This document shows positions 12,033-25,100 of a DNA stretch of 64,000 nucleotides, piece by piece. The notes beneath the pieces were generated by a model. That model saw nothing but the letters and a program-made list of their open reading frames with translations, was not told where the DNA came from and did not search any database. Position numbers and translations under genes: made by a program. Numbering within the stretch: position 1 is the first letter of the stretch; each line of letters opens with the position of its first letter. This DNA is from Chlorokybus atmophyticus (lineage: Eukaryota; Plantae; Mesostigma and Chlorokybus algae), in assembly GCA_009103225.1 (NCBI GenBank), contig RHPI01000810.1, positions 1 to 64,000 on the forward strand, given 5' to 3'.

Positions 12033-15000
12033 TAGGGTAAGTGTACCATAGTTCGGACACCTAATTAAGGACAGGTTTTGTTCTATGTCCTCCATGGCTG
12101 TTGCTGGTGTGCGACGGTGCGTGGGAAGACGAGGAGTTGACGGGTGTTATAGACGTGACGGCATATTTTTTGGTGCCGTACAGCCATCACTACACAACCT
12201 CAAAGTGGGGAGTACATGATATCCTGGCAAATCGGCTGTTGTCGTAAGTTCGGACTGCCCGAAATGGCTGCATTTCACCCTGCTGTGGCGGCCAATTGGT
12301 GTTGGGCAGGCTTCAGATTGCGCTGGCATGCTGTGCTGACATGCTGTGACCCGTCACGATGCTGTCAACGCCGCCGCCATCGCCACTGGTGCGGGCAGCG
12401 TCTACCTTGCTGTTGTATGCCGTCCGAACATAGGCGAGGTTGCGGGTATGTGCATGCTGGGCGCTGTTGTCGTGGCCGTGGTGGTGGCCGGTGGCGCCTT
12501 TGCGCAAGGGTCGTCACCTGCTGGTAAGCTTGCAGAGATGCGCTTGGGTGTGTGTTCTGAACCTGTTTGCCTGCGTGAGAGTGCTGCGTGCATGTGTGTG
12601 TGTGTGTGTGTATGTGTGTGCGTGTGTGAGTGTGTCACACGGGTGGTGTGCGACTGCTATGGTTGTGAGCGTGTTCAAACTCTCTCTTTAGGCTTAGCTA
12701 ACTTGTGTGAGTTGTCGCTCACACAGATGCTGAGCGACAACAGCGCCTGTGAAGAGGTTCAGTGTGGCAATGCCTCCAAGCGTCAGCGGAGAGGCTTGCC
12801 CATACGCCCCTAGTTTATTGTGCTGCTGTGTCCTTCCTTGTGCTTGTGCGTGTGCAGTACAGCTGAGTTGTTGTGCACCCCTGCATGTGACTCTGGCAGA
12901 CTTGTACGTTAATACATGTATGTGTGAACGGTGCTACCCGAAATGACTGTGGTTGTATGGCTTATGCATAAGCCATATGGTGTGCTGTGTGTTATGCATG
13001 CCTAGCCAATCATGCATGCAGTTTGTAGAGCTGTGTGACCACACATGTATGTACAGACTAATATATGTACAGACAATTTGTGCTGACTCTGCTACCTAGA
13101 GCATGCGTGATCTTGCTGCTGCCTTGAGGTTGAGCAGGTGCGAGCCGGGCCTGCATAGCATGCCACAGATGCATCTACGCAGCTATTGGCAGCCTGCATC
13201 TCAGAAGGGGTGGGTGACATGGAAGGAAAGCGGTTGGGCTGCCAGCCTTGGCCAGCCAGCTGTGGGCTGCCAACTGGACTGCGCTGAGGGGACAGGTTGG
13301 CCAATGGGTTGTCAACTTCGCTAGTGTCAACAACTTGTGATGCCAGATCAACAATGCATGGCCTGGGTCCTGCATGTGTCCTGATGTGAGTGGGTCCTGC
13401 ACGAGCTGTGGCATCTTTCTGCGCTAATAGCTTGGCCTGTTTTGCAGCCTCCTTCGCTGCCTTGGCTTCCTGCTTCTGCAATTGTACCAGCTCTCGCTGC
13501 GCCTTTGCTGTTGCACGCTGCAAGGCACCCAACTCCTTGGCCCTAGCTGCTTCCACCTTCTTCTGTGCTGCCTCTTGCTTGCGTGCTGCCACTGCAGCTT
13601 GCTTGGCGGCAATCTCGGCCTTCTTGGCTTGCAATGCCTTGATATATCCTTCAGATGTCAGGCAGATTGAACCCTGGATGTGTGGGTTTGCCTTCTTTTG
13701 CTGCCAAGTTGAAGGGCCTGCCTCCTGCTGAATGCTACCAAAGTTGATGTTGCCACTGTTGGGAGCGCCACCCACTGTGACACCTCGCAAGTTGATGTTG
13801 ATATTGTTGTTGTTAGTGATGTTGACGCTGTTGTTGTTGATGACTGCAGGCGCTGGTGTAGATGGGCTTGGCTGGCGGTTCTCCTTGTCGCTGGAGCTGT
13901 CGTCATCTTCGGTGGCCGAGGAGTCCTCATCATCCTCAAATGGCACAGGCACACCCTCCCCATCAAGCGCAGGCCCTCCAAACTCGTGCTGCACTTGTGC
14001 ATGTGCCAAGTCAGGAGTCACCTCCTCGGGGGTGGGTTTGGGAAGCTCAGGCACCTTGCTGTCCAATGCATGCACATTGACGGGCCAGATCCCTAGCATG
14101 ACACAATTCAGTGAGATTGATGGCTGAAGTGCATGCATGTAAGCACTGATTGGGTTGTCTCATATACTGCACCTGTCTTCTTGAACCCGCTTGCAATGTT
14201 GCCAGGTGTCATCGCCAACATGAAGGGCTTGGCCGTCAGCTCTACAAACTTTAACTTGGTGATGGGACATGTTGGGTCCTCCACTCGCCACTTCAGGAAC
14301 TCTCCTCGGTAGTGCTGCTTCAACGAGCGAAAGCTCACGTCTAGCACCTGGTAAGGCAATAGGTTGCAATGCCGCATAGCAAAGCACAATTGCGCATGCA
14401 TGTCAATGTGCACTGCGCACCAACCTGCATCAAGTGTGTCATACGCGCTGGGAATGTCAGCATGTGCACACCATGGTCACGTGCCAGCTGCAACAGGTCA
14501 GGATTCATGCGAGATGAGTGGCCGTCCAGCAGCAAGAGAACTGGTCTGTCTACACTCGCCCCTCCAGGTATGAACTTTAGAAACTTGTCAAACCAGTCCA
14601 CAAACAGTTCCATTGTCATGTACGCATTCTCTTGCATGCGCATGTAGGCACCATAAGGTGCAGCCGCTAGATAGTTCTCTGTGTAGCGATGACCCTTCAA
14701 GATGTAGAAAGGAGGCATCCACATCCCTGCTGCATTAACGCACGCCATAACACTCATGTGTTCTCGACTACCCACTTGATTGTAGTAGGGGTTCTTGTAC
14801 CCCTTTTTGCATATGACTTTCACAGTCCCTGCATACGCAAGGTGGTAATCAGCATCCACATCCACAAGCATTGACAACTATTCGCGTGCGCAGAACTCAC
14901 CAAGGTTGTCAAGCTCAAAACCGGTTTCATCAGCGCTAAAGATGCGGGTGGGGTCATCAATGCCCAACTCAGCAAGCACCGTGGTGTACAGCTGAAAGAA

Positions 15001-16508
15001 ACCCTCAATGTTCTCCCTGGTACACGCTTGCCACCTTCTCCTGTCCAGTCCTTCGGCAACGCGGGACGCCAACTGGTGGCGACTCATCAACAGGCGCAGC
15101 CACTTATACCCAAGACAGCCGCTGGCACCAAAGCGCTGCAAACGCCCAAGGGGATCATCCTTGAGCATGTGCATCACCTGCATGCACACTTGCAAGCTTA
15201 GCACACCACTCTGGCCTTCATGCACCCGCACAAGGTACGCCTCGTCTGAATCAGCATTAGCTTACGCATTGCACCATTTACATGCATACGCAGTCGCACT
15301 CGCTATGCCTTACCTTTGTAAACAGGGCCGGCCTTGTGACACCCAAGTTGTTGTCAGCAGACCAGTTGATCCACGCCACCAGGTCCTTCTCCTCTTCCAT
15401 GGTCAGCACCGGTGGACGCCCACTAGGCCGTGGCAACTGCAACTTCTCCGGGTATGTGACATAGTCCCAGAGGGTGGACTTGGGGACGCCATGCCTCGCA
15501 GCAGCAATCCTGAGCTTCATGCCAGCCTTCACCTCTTCAACTGCCACCCCCATCTTCAAAATGAGGCCCTGCCCAGCATAGTTGACATAGGCCATGCCTT
15601 TGCGACGTGTGGTGCCCAGCACACTCCTAAGCGCTGCCTTGCTGCGTCCCCGGTAGCGCTTGAGTGGGCCTGGTGCAGAGGGTGTGCCACATGCTTGCTT
15701 ACTTCCCGCTGCAGGAGTGGACTCCTGCAGACAACACCATGCATCAGCCTCAAGTGCCATATACCACGACCACCAGCACCCAACTGTGTAGTACGACATG
15801 TACATAGTGTGCTAAGCATAGCGTAAAAGAGCGTTATGCAACCACAAGACCACACACTCATGCACAGCCTTGGCAGCCTCTGTACCTCATTGTCTTGCAT
15901 GCCATCTTGTGTGCTCTGCTCGCGCTGCGTCTCTGCCGCTCCCCGTGTGTGCACCATCACCCTCGCGTGGCGTTTTAGCCCCCCAAACACACAAGCCCCA
16001 GTCCACAGTGCGCAACTTCACACATAACAGCTATACCACTGCCAGTCCGCATTGACCACCCCAACTACTCAGCACTAACAATTGCCACCACTCCCTTTGC
16101 AACTGCACCAAACCCAACCCAATCGCACTTTCACATTGCCCGCCACAACTTTCAAATGACAACGCTGGTAGACTAACCACTTTAGCAGCGTTAACTACGT
16201 TGTAGGGGCATTGCATTGAGCCAACAAACGCGCTCATTGGTCAAGCACAGACCTATCCTTAAGACTTCAAAGTTAAGTCAACCACACTGCAACACTTTAA
16301 TTTGCGCAGTTAAACGCATGCTACTGGCGCCAATACTTAACCAATAGGGTTGAAACTCGAAGGAGAGCTAGGATTGGTCCACAGGTACACGACAAAGTTC
16401 ACAGCGCTCAAATTGGCCGCCAAAACCGCCAACCACAGCGTCTACTACCGCCAGGTTCATGCAGGTCCGAATTTACGCATTTGTCCGAATTTAGTTACAC
16501 TTACCCTG
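12033..16508 (-). mobile_element. pogo-family (Fot-like, DD35D) DNA transposon
   Basis: TIRs (T)AGGGTAAGTGTACCATAGTTCGGACA (from 12033) vs TGTCCGAATTTAGTTACACTTACCCTG (to 16508); TA on the left flank, right flank CTA (imperfect). Confidence 0.85.
13092..15595 (-). CDS. Intron-containing pogo transposase (HTH_psq, CENP-B HTH, DDE_1) with long C-terminal tail; 3' end uncertain
   Basis: LRIAAARHGVPKSTLWD; GRPPVLTMEEEKDLVAWI; IFSADETGF; LLLLDGHSSR...THLMQ|VLDV (35 residues between D2 and D3); NIASGFKKTG|IWP. Confidence 0.88.
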
Positions 16509-17123
16509 CTAGGCGTGGAGCAGCCGGGTTGAAGTAACGCGCTCAACTTTGGCCCAAATCGGGTCCTGTTGTGAGTTTTTCAATTGTTGGTCACCACAAA
16601 CCAACAATTAAACTGCCAGGGCGGCAATTTTATGGCCATGTGATCGGCGGCCGGCCAATCAGAACGCGCGGCGCCGCCCGCGTGGCAGGCCACGCCGCCC
16701 GCGGCCGACTGACGCGCTGTCAGTCAACAACATGGGTCAACGCGGCCGCAAATCGCTGACCAACGTGCCCTTAATTGGGTTGGAAAACAATTTTATGGTC
16801 GAATCGGCTAAGTATCTAACTGTGACCGCGGTATTTGCGTCACAGTCAACGATAACTTGTGAGTTACGCCTCTGGCATATAGATAGGCGCCAGCGTCCTC
16901 ACCGCCAGGGAAATGACTGTGCGGTGACTTTGGCGTAGTCGTTACTTGTTGGAGCCAAGGTAAGCTCTATTTGGTGTGTATCTGCCATTTGGCTCATCCA
17001 CAAAGCATGCCAAGTGTTGCATTCAAGTTTCATAATGTGAGCACGAAGCATTTCATGCATTTGTGGCCATATGCACATTGTGCAATACTATAATAACACG
17101 CGCGTGTGTATGCATAGGTCACA

Positions 17124-17888
17124 ATGCCTCGTGCACGCTTTTTCCTGGACGTGCGTGAGTACCCAAGTGACTTTCCCGACAACTTGTGGGACAAGATACC
17201 ATGCCATTACCCATCCGGGCATCGCGTGCGCGGCAATGCCAACACGGTCTCCCGCGTGAAGCATGTGAACAAGTGGCGGAAAGCATGCGGCCTCCACAAG
17301 CTTCACCCAGGCGGCATGGTTCCCAACCGCACCGACGAGCCCAAGTACCCGAAGGTGCCTCACCCGCCACCCTTCCTGTACAAAGGAGGCGATAAAGGGA
17401 AGAAGGTAGCGGCGAGCCCTGCCTCCACCCCGCCTCGACGTAAGCGCCGTCGCCACTTTAATGATTCCGACCCCGAGTGCGATGACACCCCTCGTGCTCC
17501 TATGGAGGTACGACCTTGTGATAGACGAGCAACTAGGGGCAAACGTAGCAAATGCACGCGCAAGCGCAAGCGCGAGCCCCTACTCGTGTTCGCACGCTTA
17601 CGTCCACGTGTGTTCTTTCACGATCGTCACCTCATAGGAAGACACTTATGCACATGTGTTCATGTCAAGGTGGTGAACAACACCACGGACAAAGACACCG
17701 CATCCAAGGCTAAAGGGAAGGCTAAAGAGCTCACCGAGGACGAGGTAGACTATAGCCTCACCGACTCGGCGCCCTCGTCTCCGACACCCGAATCGGCTAA
17801 AGAGGAAGAAGAAATGGTGGATATCATCACCGTGGACTCCCCTCCAGACTCTCAACATGAAGCCACCACTTCTAAAGTGTGTGGTTAA
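17124..17888 (+). CDS. Unknown basic/acidic protein in the Gypsy A 3' region, probably 2 exons
   Basis: 254-codon ORF with a GT-AG in-frame intron candidate (about 17508-17670) containing low-complexity sequence; RRKRRR NLS-like motif; upstream GGCCAATCAG box near 16653. No domain recognised. Confidence 0.5.
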   Translation: MPRARFFLDVREYPSDFPDNLWDKIPCHYPSGHRVRGNANTVSRVKHVNKWRKACGLHKLHPGGMVPNRTDEPKYPKVPHPPPFLYKGGDKGKKVAASPASTPPRRKRRRHFNDSDPECDDTPRAPMEVRPCDRRATRGKRSKCTRKRKREPLLVFARLRPRVFFHDRHLIGRHLCTCVHVKVVNNTTDKDTASKAKGKAKELTEDEVDYSLTDSAPSSPTPESAKEEEEMVDIITVDSPPDSQHEATTSKVCG

Positions 17889-18191
17889 GAGTTTGAGAGT
17901 GTCTTAGGCGTGCAGATGCACCGTTTTTGCCATTGCTTTGCAAGTGCAGTCACATGCACAAACTGTACGCATTAGTGTGTGCTGTGTGGGTTATCTTATT
18001 AGCTAAAACTTGGCAGTAATGTTGCACATACAATGTAATATTTATGTGTTAAGTTTCATGTTTTTTAGCCAAGCAATGCAAAAGTTGGCAATGCCATTGC
18101 ATGGGGCTTGACCTGTTTATCTAAGGCCATGCAGTCCTTTCATGCTGCCTTTTGCCTAATTCTTGCTATGTTTGATAACTTTGACGGGTTA

Positions 18192-18590
18192 TTAACATGC
18201 GACGCTGTTTTGGTAGGCCGCCGCGGCTCCCACTTCGCCGCCGCCGCCGCCAATAACTGCTGTCACTGCTGATGAAGTGACGGCAGTGCCGTCAGCACTG
18301 GCAAAAGTGCGTACAGCCGTACGCACGCAGCCGAGGAAGCGGCACGCTACCAACCGGAGCAGCAATTTGCCAAGCCAATTGCTTCTGTCAGCGCCACTAC
18401 CACTGACAAGCTTGACAAGCATGCAGCCGCACTTGATGACATCTGTGAGCAGCTTGCAGACGCGCCACTGCTGCGCAGTAGGCGCCACGTGAGTGGTGAG
18501 CCTGTACCGGTTCCACGCCGCGAACCAGAACCATCGAACGCGTGAGCAATTCCTAACCCAACTCGAGCTGTTCCTGGCTCCGGACCTCAA
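18192..18590 (-). CDS. Possible antisense ORF/exon of unknown product
   Basis: 132-codon open frame with aromatic/basic protein-like composition (WVRNCSRVRWFWFAAWNRYRL); starts at a non-ATG codon; no domain recognised. Confidence 0.25.
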   Translation of the reverse strand: MRSGARNSSSWVRNCSRVRWFWFAAWNRYRLTTHVAPTAQQWRVCKLLTDVIKCGCMLVKLVSGSGADRSNWLGKLLLRLVACRFLGCVRTAVRTFASADGTAVTSSAVTAVIGGGGGEVGAAAAYQNSVAC

Positions 18591-18912
18591 GCCGGGCCTC
18601 CGTCGAGGACTACCCGGTTTAAAAGAGGCACGTCCGCGGTTAGAGTATTAATTCAGTCAAATTATCTTGTTATTATACCAGGGATACCGCCACACCAAGT
18701 AGCTGGAGAGCAGTCAGTTCGCGACCAAAAAGACTGGGTTCTGAAGTGGCGTCCGGCTACCAACTCTCGTGATTTGGAGCTTACTTTAACGCCTTGCGGT
18801 CACTTTGGACCGTACACTTTTAACCGCTCAGGTGAGCTTGGTTTAAGAGGGGAGGACTTCCTACAGCTGTGAGTGCCTAACTAGTGGACTAACCGCGTTA
18901 ATGGCCCCACAC

Positions 18913-19688
18913 TGTAGATATCTGACCTACTGCCTATGTAGGTCCCTTAAAGCCTGTATATCAAGCCGCGCCCCACTCGAAGCGTTGGAGACTTACCCCC
19001 AGAGGCTAGGCGCCGGGTCTTACCCCCTAGCACACCAATTAACGGGGAAGTATATGGACCTTTATCCTTATTTGCTCGTTTATGCATTGTAGATGCATAT
19101 TTTTATAGCCACGTTTCCTAGTTATTTTTATCTTCTTCATGCATTTGACAACCAATTAGCCTTTTAAGATCAGTGATAGGCATAGTATAAAAGGCATTCT
19201 CATTTCCATTTCATTTAGTGCTTCGAGCAGTTGCTCAAGTTGCACCCCTGCTAATACAAGTCCTTTGTGACAAGTGTTCTGCTTGTATATTTGCATGCGC
19301 GTGTGAGTGACACTGTGCATGTTGTTGTGCTCATTTTGCATATTATTATGCATATTTGAGCTGCTTATTATTGTGGGGATGTGGGTTGGACGGTCCAGAT
19401 ATTGGGGGCTTTGATCCAACGGCCTCATGCTTGTTTACACCGCCCAGCCTATCAGAAGGCTGAACTCGGTAAAAGCGCGAGAGTCCCGCGCGTTTGTCGG
19501 TCCTCGACCGGACTTTACCGGTCGCGATCGACGTCCTTTGATCGTTTGATCATTTGAGCAATATAAACGCTTATGTCGGTAAGTGTCTGAGGGATTCTTA
19601 CCCTCAATTCTCTTAGCTTCTATCCTTACTACCATACCATAGAGGGTGGGTCCACAGGGTTTTTGTAGATGGCCCCTCGCTTCCTACA
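18913..19688 (+). repeat. 3' LTR of Gypsy A (start uncertain: ~18855 or 18913)
   Basis: 19426-19686 matches 1-261; termini TGTAG...CTACA form a 5-bp inverted pair; PPT-like AAGAGGGGAGG near 18845. Confidence 0.75.
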
Positions 19689-19709
19689 CCATCACTGCGT
19701 CATTGCGTG

Positions 19710-20130
19710 CGGTCCGGCGCCATAGCCGCGGCGCGGCCAGCTGAACAGGGCAAGCGCCGTAAGTACTAGGACCACCTACTGGCGGACATATTCATCCTGC
19801 TTGCGGCGGAGACCCACGGCACTCTGGGGACTGTCTTTCAGGACCTGATCAACACGGTGGCGCGTCGGACGGTGTACTCGCGTGGCCTGAAGCTGCGCCG
19901 ACTAGCTGGCTTCGTGGCCATCATAAGCACACGAGTTCTTTATGTTGGCCGACGAGACACACGGGACACTGGGCGCCGCCTTCAGCGACGTCCTCAACAG
20001 GTGCGCTCGCCAGGCAGTGCACGGGCGTGGCCTGCCGCTGGCGAGGCTGGGAGGGTACATGGCGTTGTTCAGGCAGCGCGTGGCCTGTTCGCTGCAGCGT
20101 GCCTAGGCCATGGCCCTGCTCAAGAGGGGG
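19710..20130 (+). pseudogene. Restriction-like endonuclease (RLE) 3' fragment of a non-LTR retrotransposon, partly tandem-duplicated
   Basis: AEQGKRRKY*...FILLAAETHGTLG and again FFMLADETHGTLGAAF...LFRQRVACSLQRA*AMALL, matching the K..KY / ET.G.LG / LQR.NA pattern of CRE/R2-type RLE domains. Confidence 0.7.
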
Positions 20131-20793
20131 GCGGCGGCGGTGGCGGCGGCGGCTCCAGGCTGGCACCCGCTGCAGGTCACTCGCCCCACGGAGGAGGCGG
20201 ACGTTGCGCTAGCGGGGACGACGGCTGGCACCCGTTAGTAGCCTAATTGCTGTGATTGCTGTGCATGTGGGTTGTGACTAGGCACAGATATGGTGTACAT
20301 TGCGCTCGCATTGTTAATGCCAATAGTATTTGATGATGCGCCGGGCTGCGGGCCATTGGGAGCTTCCATACCGATAGCTGAGGTGCCGGCGCTGGCGGGG
20401 GCGGCCTGATCGTGTGTAGAACGGCCATTGAATGCTGCTGTTGCCTAGTGTGCTGTATGTGTTGAGTGGAGTGTGTTGATAGGTATGGACGCACGCCGCT
20501 GTGGCTTGGCATTGTGTCGCTATAGAGAAAGAGAGAGTGCCCATGCGTGGGATGTGTGTAAGAGATAGTATGCTGCATTTGCCGCATGCATGTGGTGTCA
20601 ACCATAGTTAATACATGCATGAAATCCCACTACAAATCTTATCAAGTCCTCCACCGGGTTATTGCTACCTACACAACTCCTCTACGATTACTCGCCTTCC
20701 TTGTTGGTCACACAGGCATGAATGCATTAAGCCACATGCAGCACAGTACGGTTGTGGTTAGCGGCCTGCCCTTGCAGCGTCAATGACATCAGC

Positions 20794-20891
20794 TGTAACA
20801 TAAATGGTATGGGACATGCATGAGGCATGTGGCTCCCCATATGGCAGCGACTTTGCTGCTGTAGCCTAGTGGTTAAGGCGCCGATGTTACA
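20794..20891 (+). mobile_element. Solo mini-LTR (~98 bp) with tRNA-type A box
   Basis: TGTAAC...GTTACA termini; 3' two-thirds similar to 29757-29857; TAGCCTAGTGG just before the end; flanks TCAGC/GCAGT only partly match. Confidence 0.55.
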
Positions 20892-21322
20892 GCAGTAGAC
20901 CCAGTGGACTCTCCCTCTCTCCCTCGCCGCTCTCCGATCCCCTTGCCAGGCAATTGCTGTTGCCTGGCAGCATTGCTTCAAGCAAGTTGCACGTTAGCAT
21001 GCAACATGTCAGCATAACATCACTCTGGCTAAGTAACCTGGGTTGTCGCTATGTGGCGTGTGTTAAATGTGGCGTGTGTTAGGTACGCCGTACTCAACAG
21101 CGACTTGACTGCGTTAATAATTAAACGTTTGCATGTCTGTGCAAGGCAGAGTCTGAGAGAAGGAGGGGGTAATAGTATGCAGGCTATACTTGCTGCAAAT
21201 GCATGATTGGCTCCACGGGTTTCCACCATCATCATCAAAGGATTTCGCAAGCATGTTGAGGTTTAACCCACCTGTCATGTGCACATAACAACAATAAATC
21301 TCCAAATGTGGCAAGTCATGCA

Positions 21323-21530
21323 ATATATATATATATATATATATATGTATATGTATATGTATATGTATATATATATATGTATGTATGTATGTATATATAT
21401 ACATACATATATATACACACACATATATATATACATACATACATATATATATATATNNNNNNNNNNNNNNNNNNNNNNNNNNNNNNNNNNNNNNNNNNNN
21501 NNNNNNNNNNNNNNNNNNNNNNNNNNNNNN
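21323..21530. repeat. (TA)n/(TATG)n microsatellite running into an assembly gap
   Basis: Seen directly; N run 21457-21530. Confidence 0.95.
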
Positions 21531-22147
21531 CTCGATTACAATCCCCTTGGCGAATTTGCGGGGGGAACTTTATTCGTGCGTTAGAGACCCCTTCTCTATT
21601 TATGTCCCCCCTTTAGGGGACAGTATTGATATTATCTACTATTTACATTATTGTTACCAATACAATAATAATTCAAGCACGCTAAGCATTCATGTTTGTT
21701 CAAGCTTTCTCAATCATACCTTCAAGCTTTTTCACTACTATATCTACTCAAAATTACTATTGAAGCAATGAAAGCACATGTACAAGGCTCATTTTGAAGT
21801 GCCACGATCATCTGGTTATGGGCCGACGTTGCAATGTCCGAACGTCGATTACAAAGGAAACGTGGCACTGAGCGGTGTTCTCCAACCGTCGGATTCGACG
21901 CACCCCCTCGATGGTCCGACGGTCAACTGGTGGTCGAAGGGGCAAAGTAGACCTGGGTCATTCCGTGGGTTTTAAACCTCGACTTCCTGTTACTTCCGCT
22001 CAGGGAAGCTTCCCAAAAATCACGGTTCAACGCTTTAATGCTTACAAATGTCGGGTGCCCTCCGGGAAGTGCCTCAAATAACCATAACAGCACGGAAGTT
22101 CACGGAAGTGCATCACATGAGCAGTCAACATGCATGTTATACCTTGA

Positions 22148-25100
22148 ACTAGCGGTGCGGCTGATTGGGCGTGTGATTGGGCCGGCCGGCATTAGGGCAC
22201 CAGACACATCACACGCGCACCACGCACGGCCGGGGCACCCGCGACTGCCGGGCTGCGCGGCCCGCCTGCCTGTCATTGGCTAGGCGGCAATAGCTATCGG
22301 CCGTTCGATCTGTCAAAACAAATCTCGACCGTCCAAAGCTCATCCCCACGTCATGCAACTGCTCAAAATATATGCGAATGATATATACTTGATCTATGAT
22401 AATCTTAATAACTATATGCAATGACTACATATAATAATTTGCATTGTAATTGTTAATAGTTTAAATATATATATATGTATCATAAGTGCAAATTATACAT
22501 GATATATACCGTATTTACCCGGTCACAGTCCCCCCCTTTTTACAGTGTCCCCCCCCCCCCAATATGGGGGGGTATTGTATTCGGGGGGGGATATTATTAC
22601 AAGGGGGGGACTATGTTTGGTAGCAGGGGTTGCCGCCTTTCCCGCCTTTCTNNNNNNNNNNNNNNNNNNNNNNNNNNNNNNNNNNNNNNNNNNNNNNNNN
22701 NNNNNNNNNNNNNNNNNNNNNNNNNNNNNNNNNNNNNNNNNNNNNNNNNNNNNNNNNNNNNNNNNNNNNNNNNNNNNNNNNNNNNNNNNNNNNNNNNNNN
22801 NNNNNNNNNNNNNNNNNNNNNNNNNNNNNNNNNNNNNNNNNNNNNNNNNNNNNNNNNNNNNNNNNNNNNNNNNNNNNNNNNNNNNNNNNNGGGGATTATT
22901 ACAAGGGGGGACTATGTTTGATAGCAGGGGTTGCCGTCTTTCCCGCCTTTCTCACCCAAATCTCATCTTTGGGGGCGACCAACTGTGTAGTTGGCGGCGG
23001 TGTGGCTGTGGAGGGCGGTGTGGTTGTTGAGGGCGGTGTGGCTGGCGGCGGTGGTAAAAAGGCTGGTCGGGTTGCTGCAAGGCCAGCATGCGCCGGCTTG
23101 AGGAGGAAGTAGCAGCAGCAGCCGCTGGTGCTGAAGTGGCCTCAGCAACGGCAGCGGCTGCAGTCGCCGTTGCTGCTGCAGCGGCTGCTAAGGTCAAGGC
23201 AGACCAAGCAGCACGTGAGGCACGCCCAGATGGGGTGGTTGCAAAGCAGCGCGGACGTGAGAGCAGTTGTCAAAAGAATAAGAGGCACCTGCGCCGTCAA
23301 TTTAACAAAAAGTCAAAGATGTGCATTCGGTAATGCTTGCTTGCGTGTGTTGTGTTAGCGCAGGTAGTGTCTGCTTGTGCACCTGTTCAACACATGCTCC
23401 ACATTGATAAGCAGCTAATGCAAAGGTTGTGTGTGTAGCTGAAGATGTTGCGTCGGGCACGCCTTATTGGGGTGAAGGCTGCAGCACGTGAGCATGATGT
23501 CTATCCAAAAAGCATTAGTGATTGGATCAAGCAGGGCATTAACATCACGGGCAGCTTGAGGTCTGCCTTCCGTTTGCAAGGGGGTACGTTATGTGCAATA
23601 TACTTACAACATGGAGTGTATACATCAACATGCAGTGTTGAATGTGGTGTTGCCCTTTGACATGCAGGTGGGCGCAAACCACAATTCCCAGACATGGAGG
23701 AGCAGTTGTTCGCCTTTGTTAAAGACAAGCGCATGCTTGGCCTTGCTGTTTCGCAGAAGATGCTACAGGTATTGCTTGTACACACGCACTCCTTGCTGAC
23801 TGCTTGTGCATACCCACGCACTCATTGCTGACTGCTTCCTAACTTACACACGCACTCATTACTGATTGCTTGTGTACATGCACACGCACTCATTGCTGAA
23901 CCCTTGTGTACATGCACACGCAATCCGTGCTAAGTGGTTGTGCACATACCCACGGACTCATTGCTGACTGCTTGTGTACATGCACACACACTCATTGCTG
24001 ACTGCTTGTGCACATACCCACGCACTCTTTGCTAACTTACACACACACTCCTTGCTGAGTGGTTGTGCCCATACCCACGCACTCGTTGCTGACTGCTCGT
24101 ACACTTACACTCATTGCTGACTGCTTGTGCTTATGTGTACATGCTTAAACAAGCGCTTGCGAAGCAGTTGTTTGCAGAGGCCAACGAACAATCACGCGAC
24201 AAGCATGTGCACTTCAACGCCTCTTTAAACTGGGCAGTGCATTTTTTGCAAACGCCACGATCTTGTCGTGCGTGCTGGCACGAAGGTGGGCCAGAGAGCG
24301 CCTGCTCAGCAAGCAGAGATTATGACATCCTTTAGGTTGTTTATTGATGGCATGCGGAAGAAGAACAAGTACACTACTGCAACAGGTGCATTTTGACCTC
24401 GAACTGTGCCCATGACAACGACCGGTCATGAGAAGGCGAGCTTTACCCTTGTTCTATCAGTTTGTGCTGATGGTTCCAAGCTGCCTCCTCTTGTTGTGCT
24501 CAAGCGGAAGACGGTGCCGCGCGACCTCAAGGTGCCGGGCATGCACATCTACGCCAACGAGAGAGGGTGGATGAATGAAGATATGTGCGTGGAGTGGGTG
24601 GACGTAGTTATGAAGAAGCGCCCACAGGTGCTGAGTGATGTGCATTGACTGCTTGTGCTTGTACACACATGTAACATACATGTGTGTACAAGCAGTGCTT
24701 GTTGCTTGTGTGCATGCATGTGTATTTGGTGTTGTTGGTGTTGTGCACGCTAACTGGCTGACTGGTTGCGGAGCACGCACATTTGTTTGTGTGCACACTA
24801 GCTGGCTCCTTGCCTTCGACTGCTTGTGCGCATGCTGCTCGTGTGCATGCATGCGTACTTGTGTGTGTGCACACTGACTGGCTGGCTGGTTGCCGAGCAC
24901 GCACACTTGTTTGTGCACACACTGGCTGGCTCCTTGCTTCCAACTGCTTGTGTGCATGCATGCGTACTTGTGTGTGTGCACACTGATTGGCTGGCTGGTT
25001 GCTGAGCACGCACACTTGTTTGTGCACACACTGGCTGGCTCCTTGCTTCCAACCGCTTGTGTGCATGCATGCGTACTTGTGTGCATGCATGGGTACTCGT

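Noticed and set aside
22148-22155. Helitron origin for the 1.5-kb repeat (CTAG then T on the minus strand)
   Set aside because: No 16-20-nt subterminal hairpin at the expected distance and no A|TC 5' junction found.
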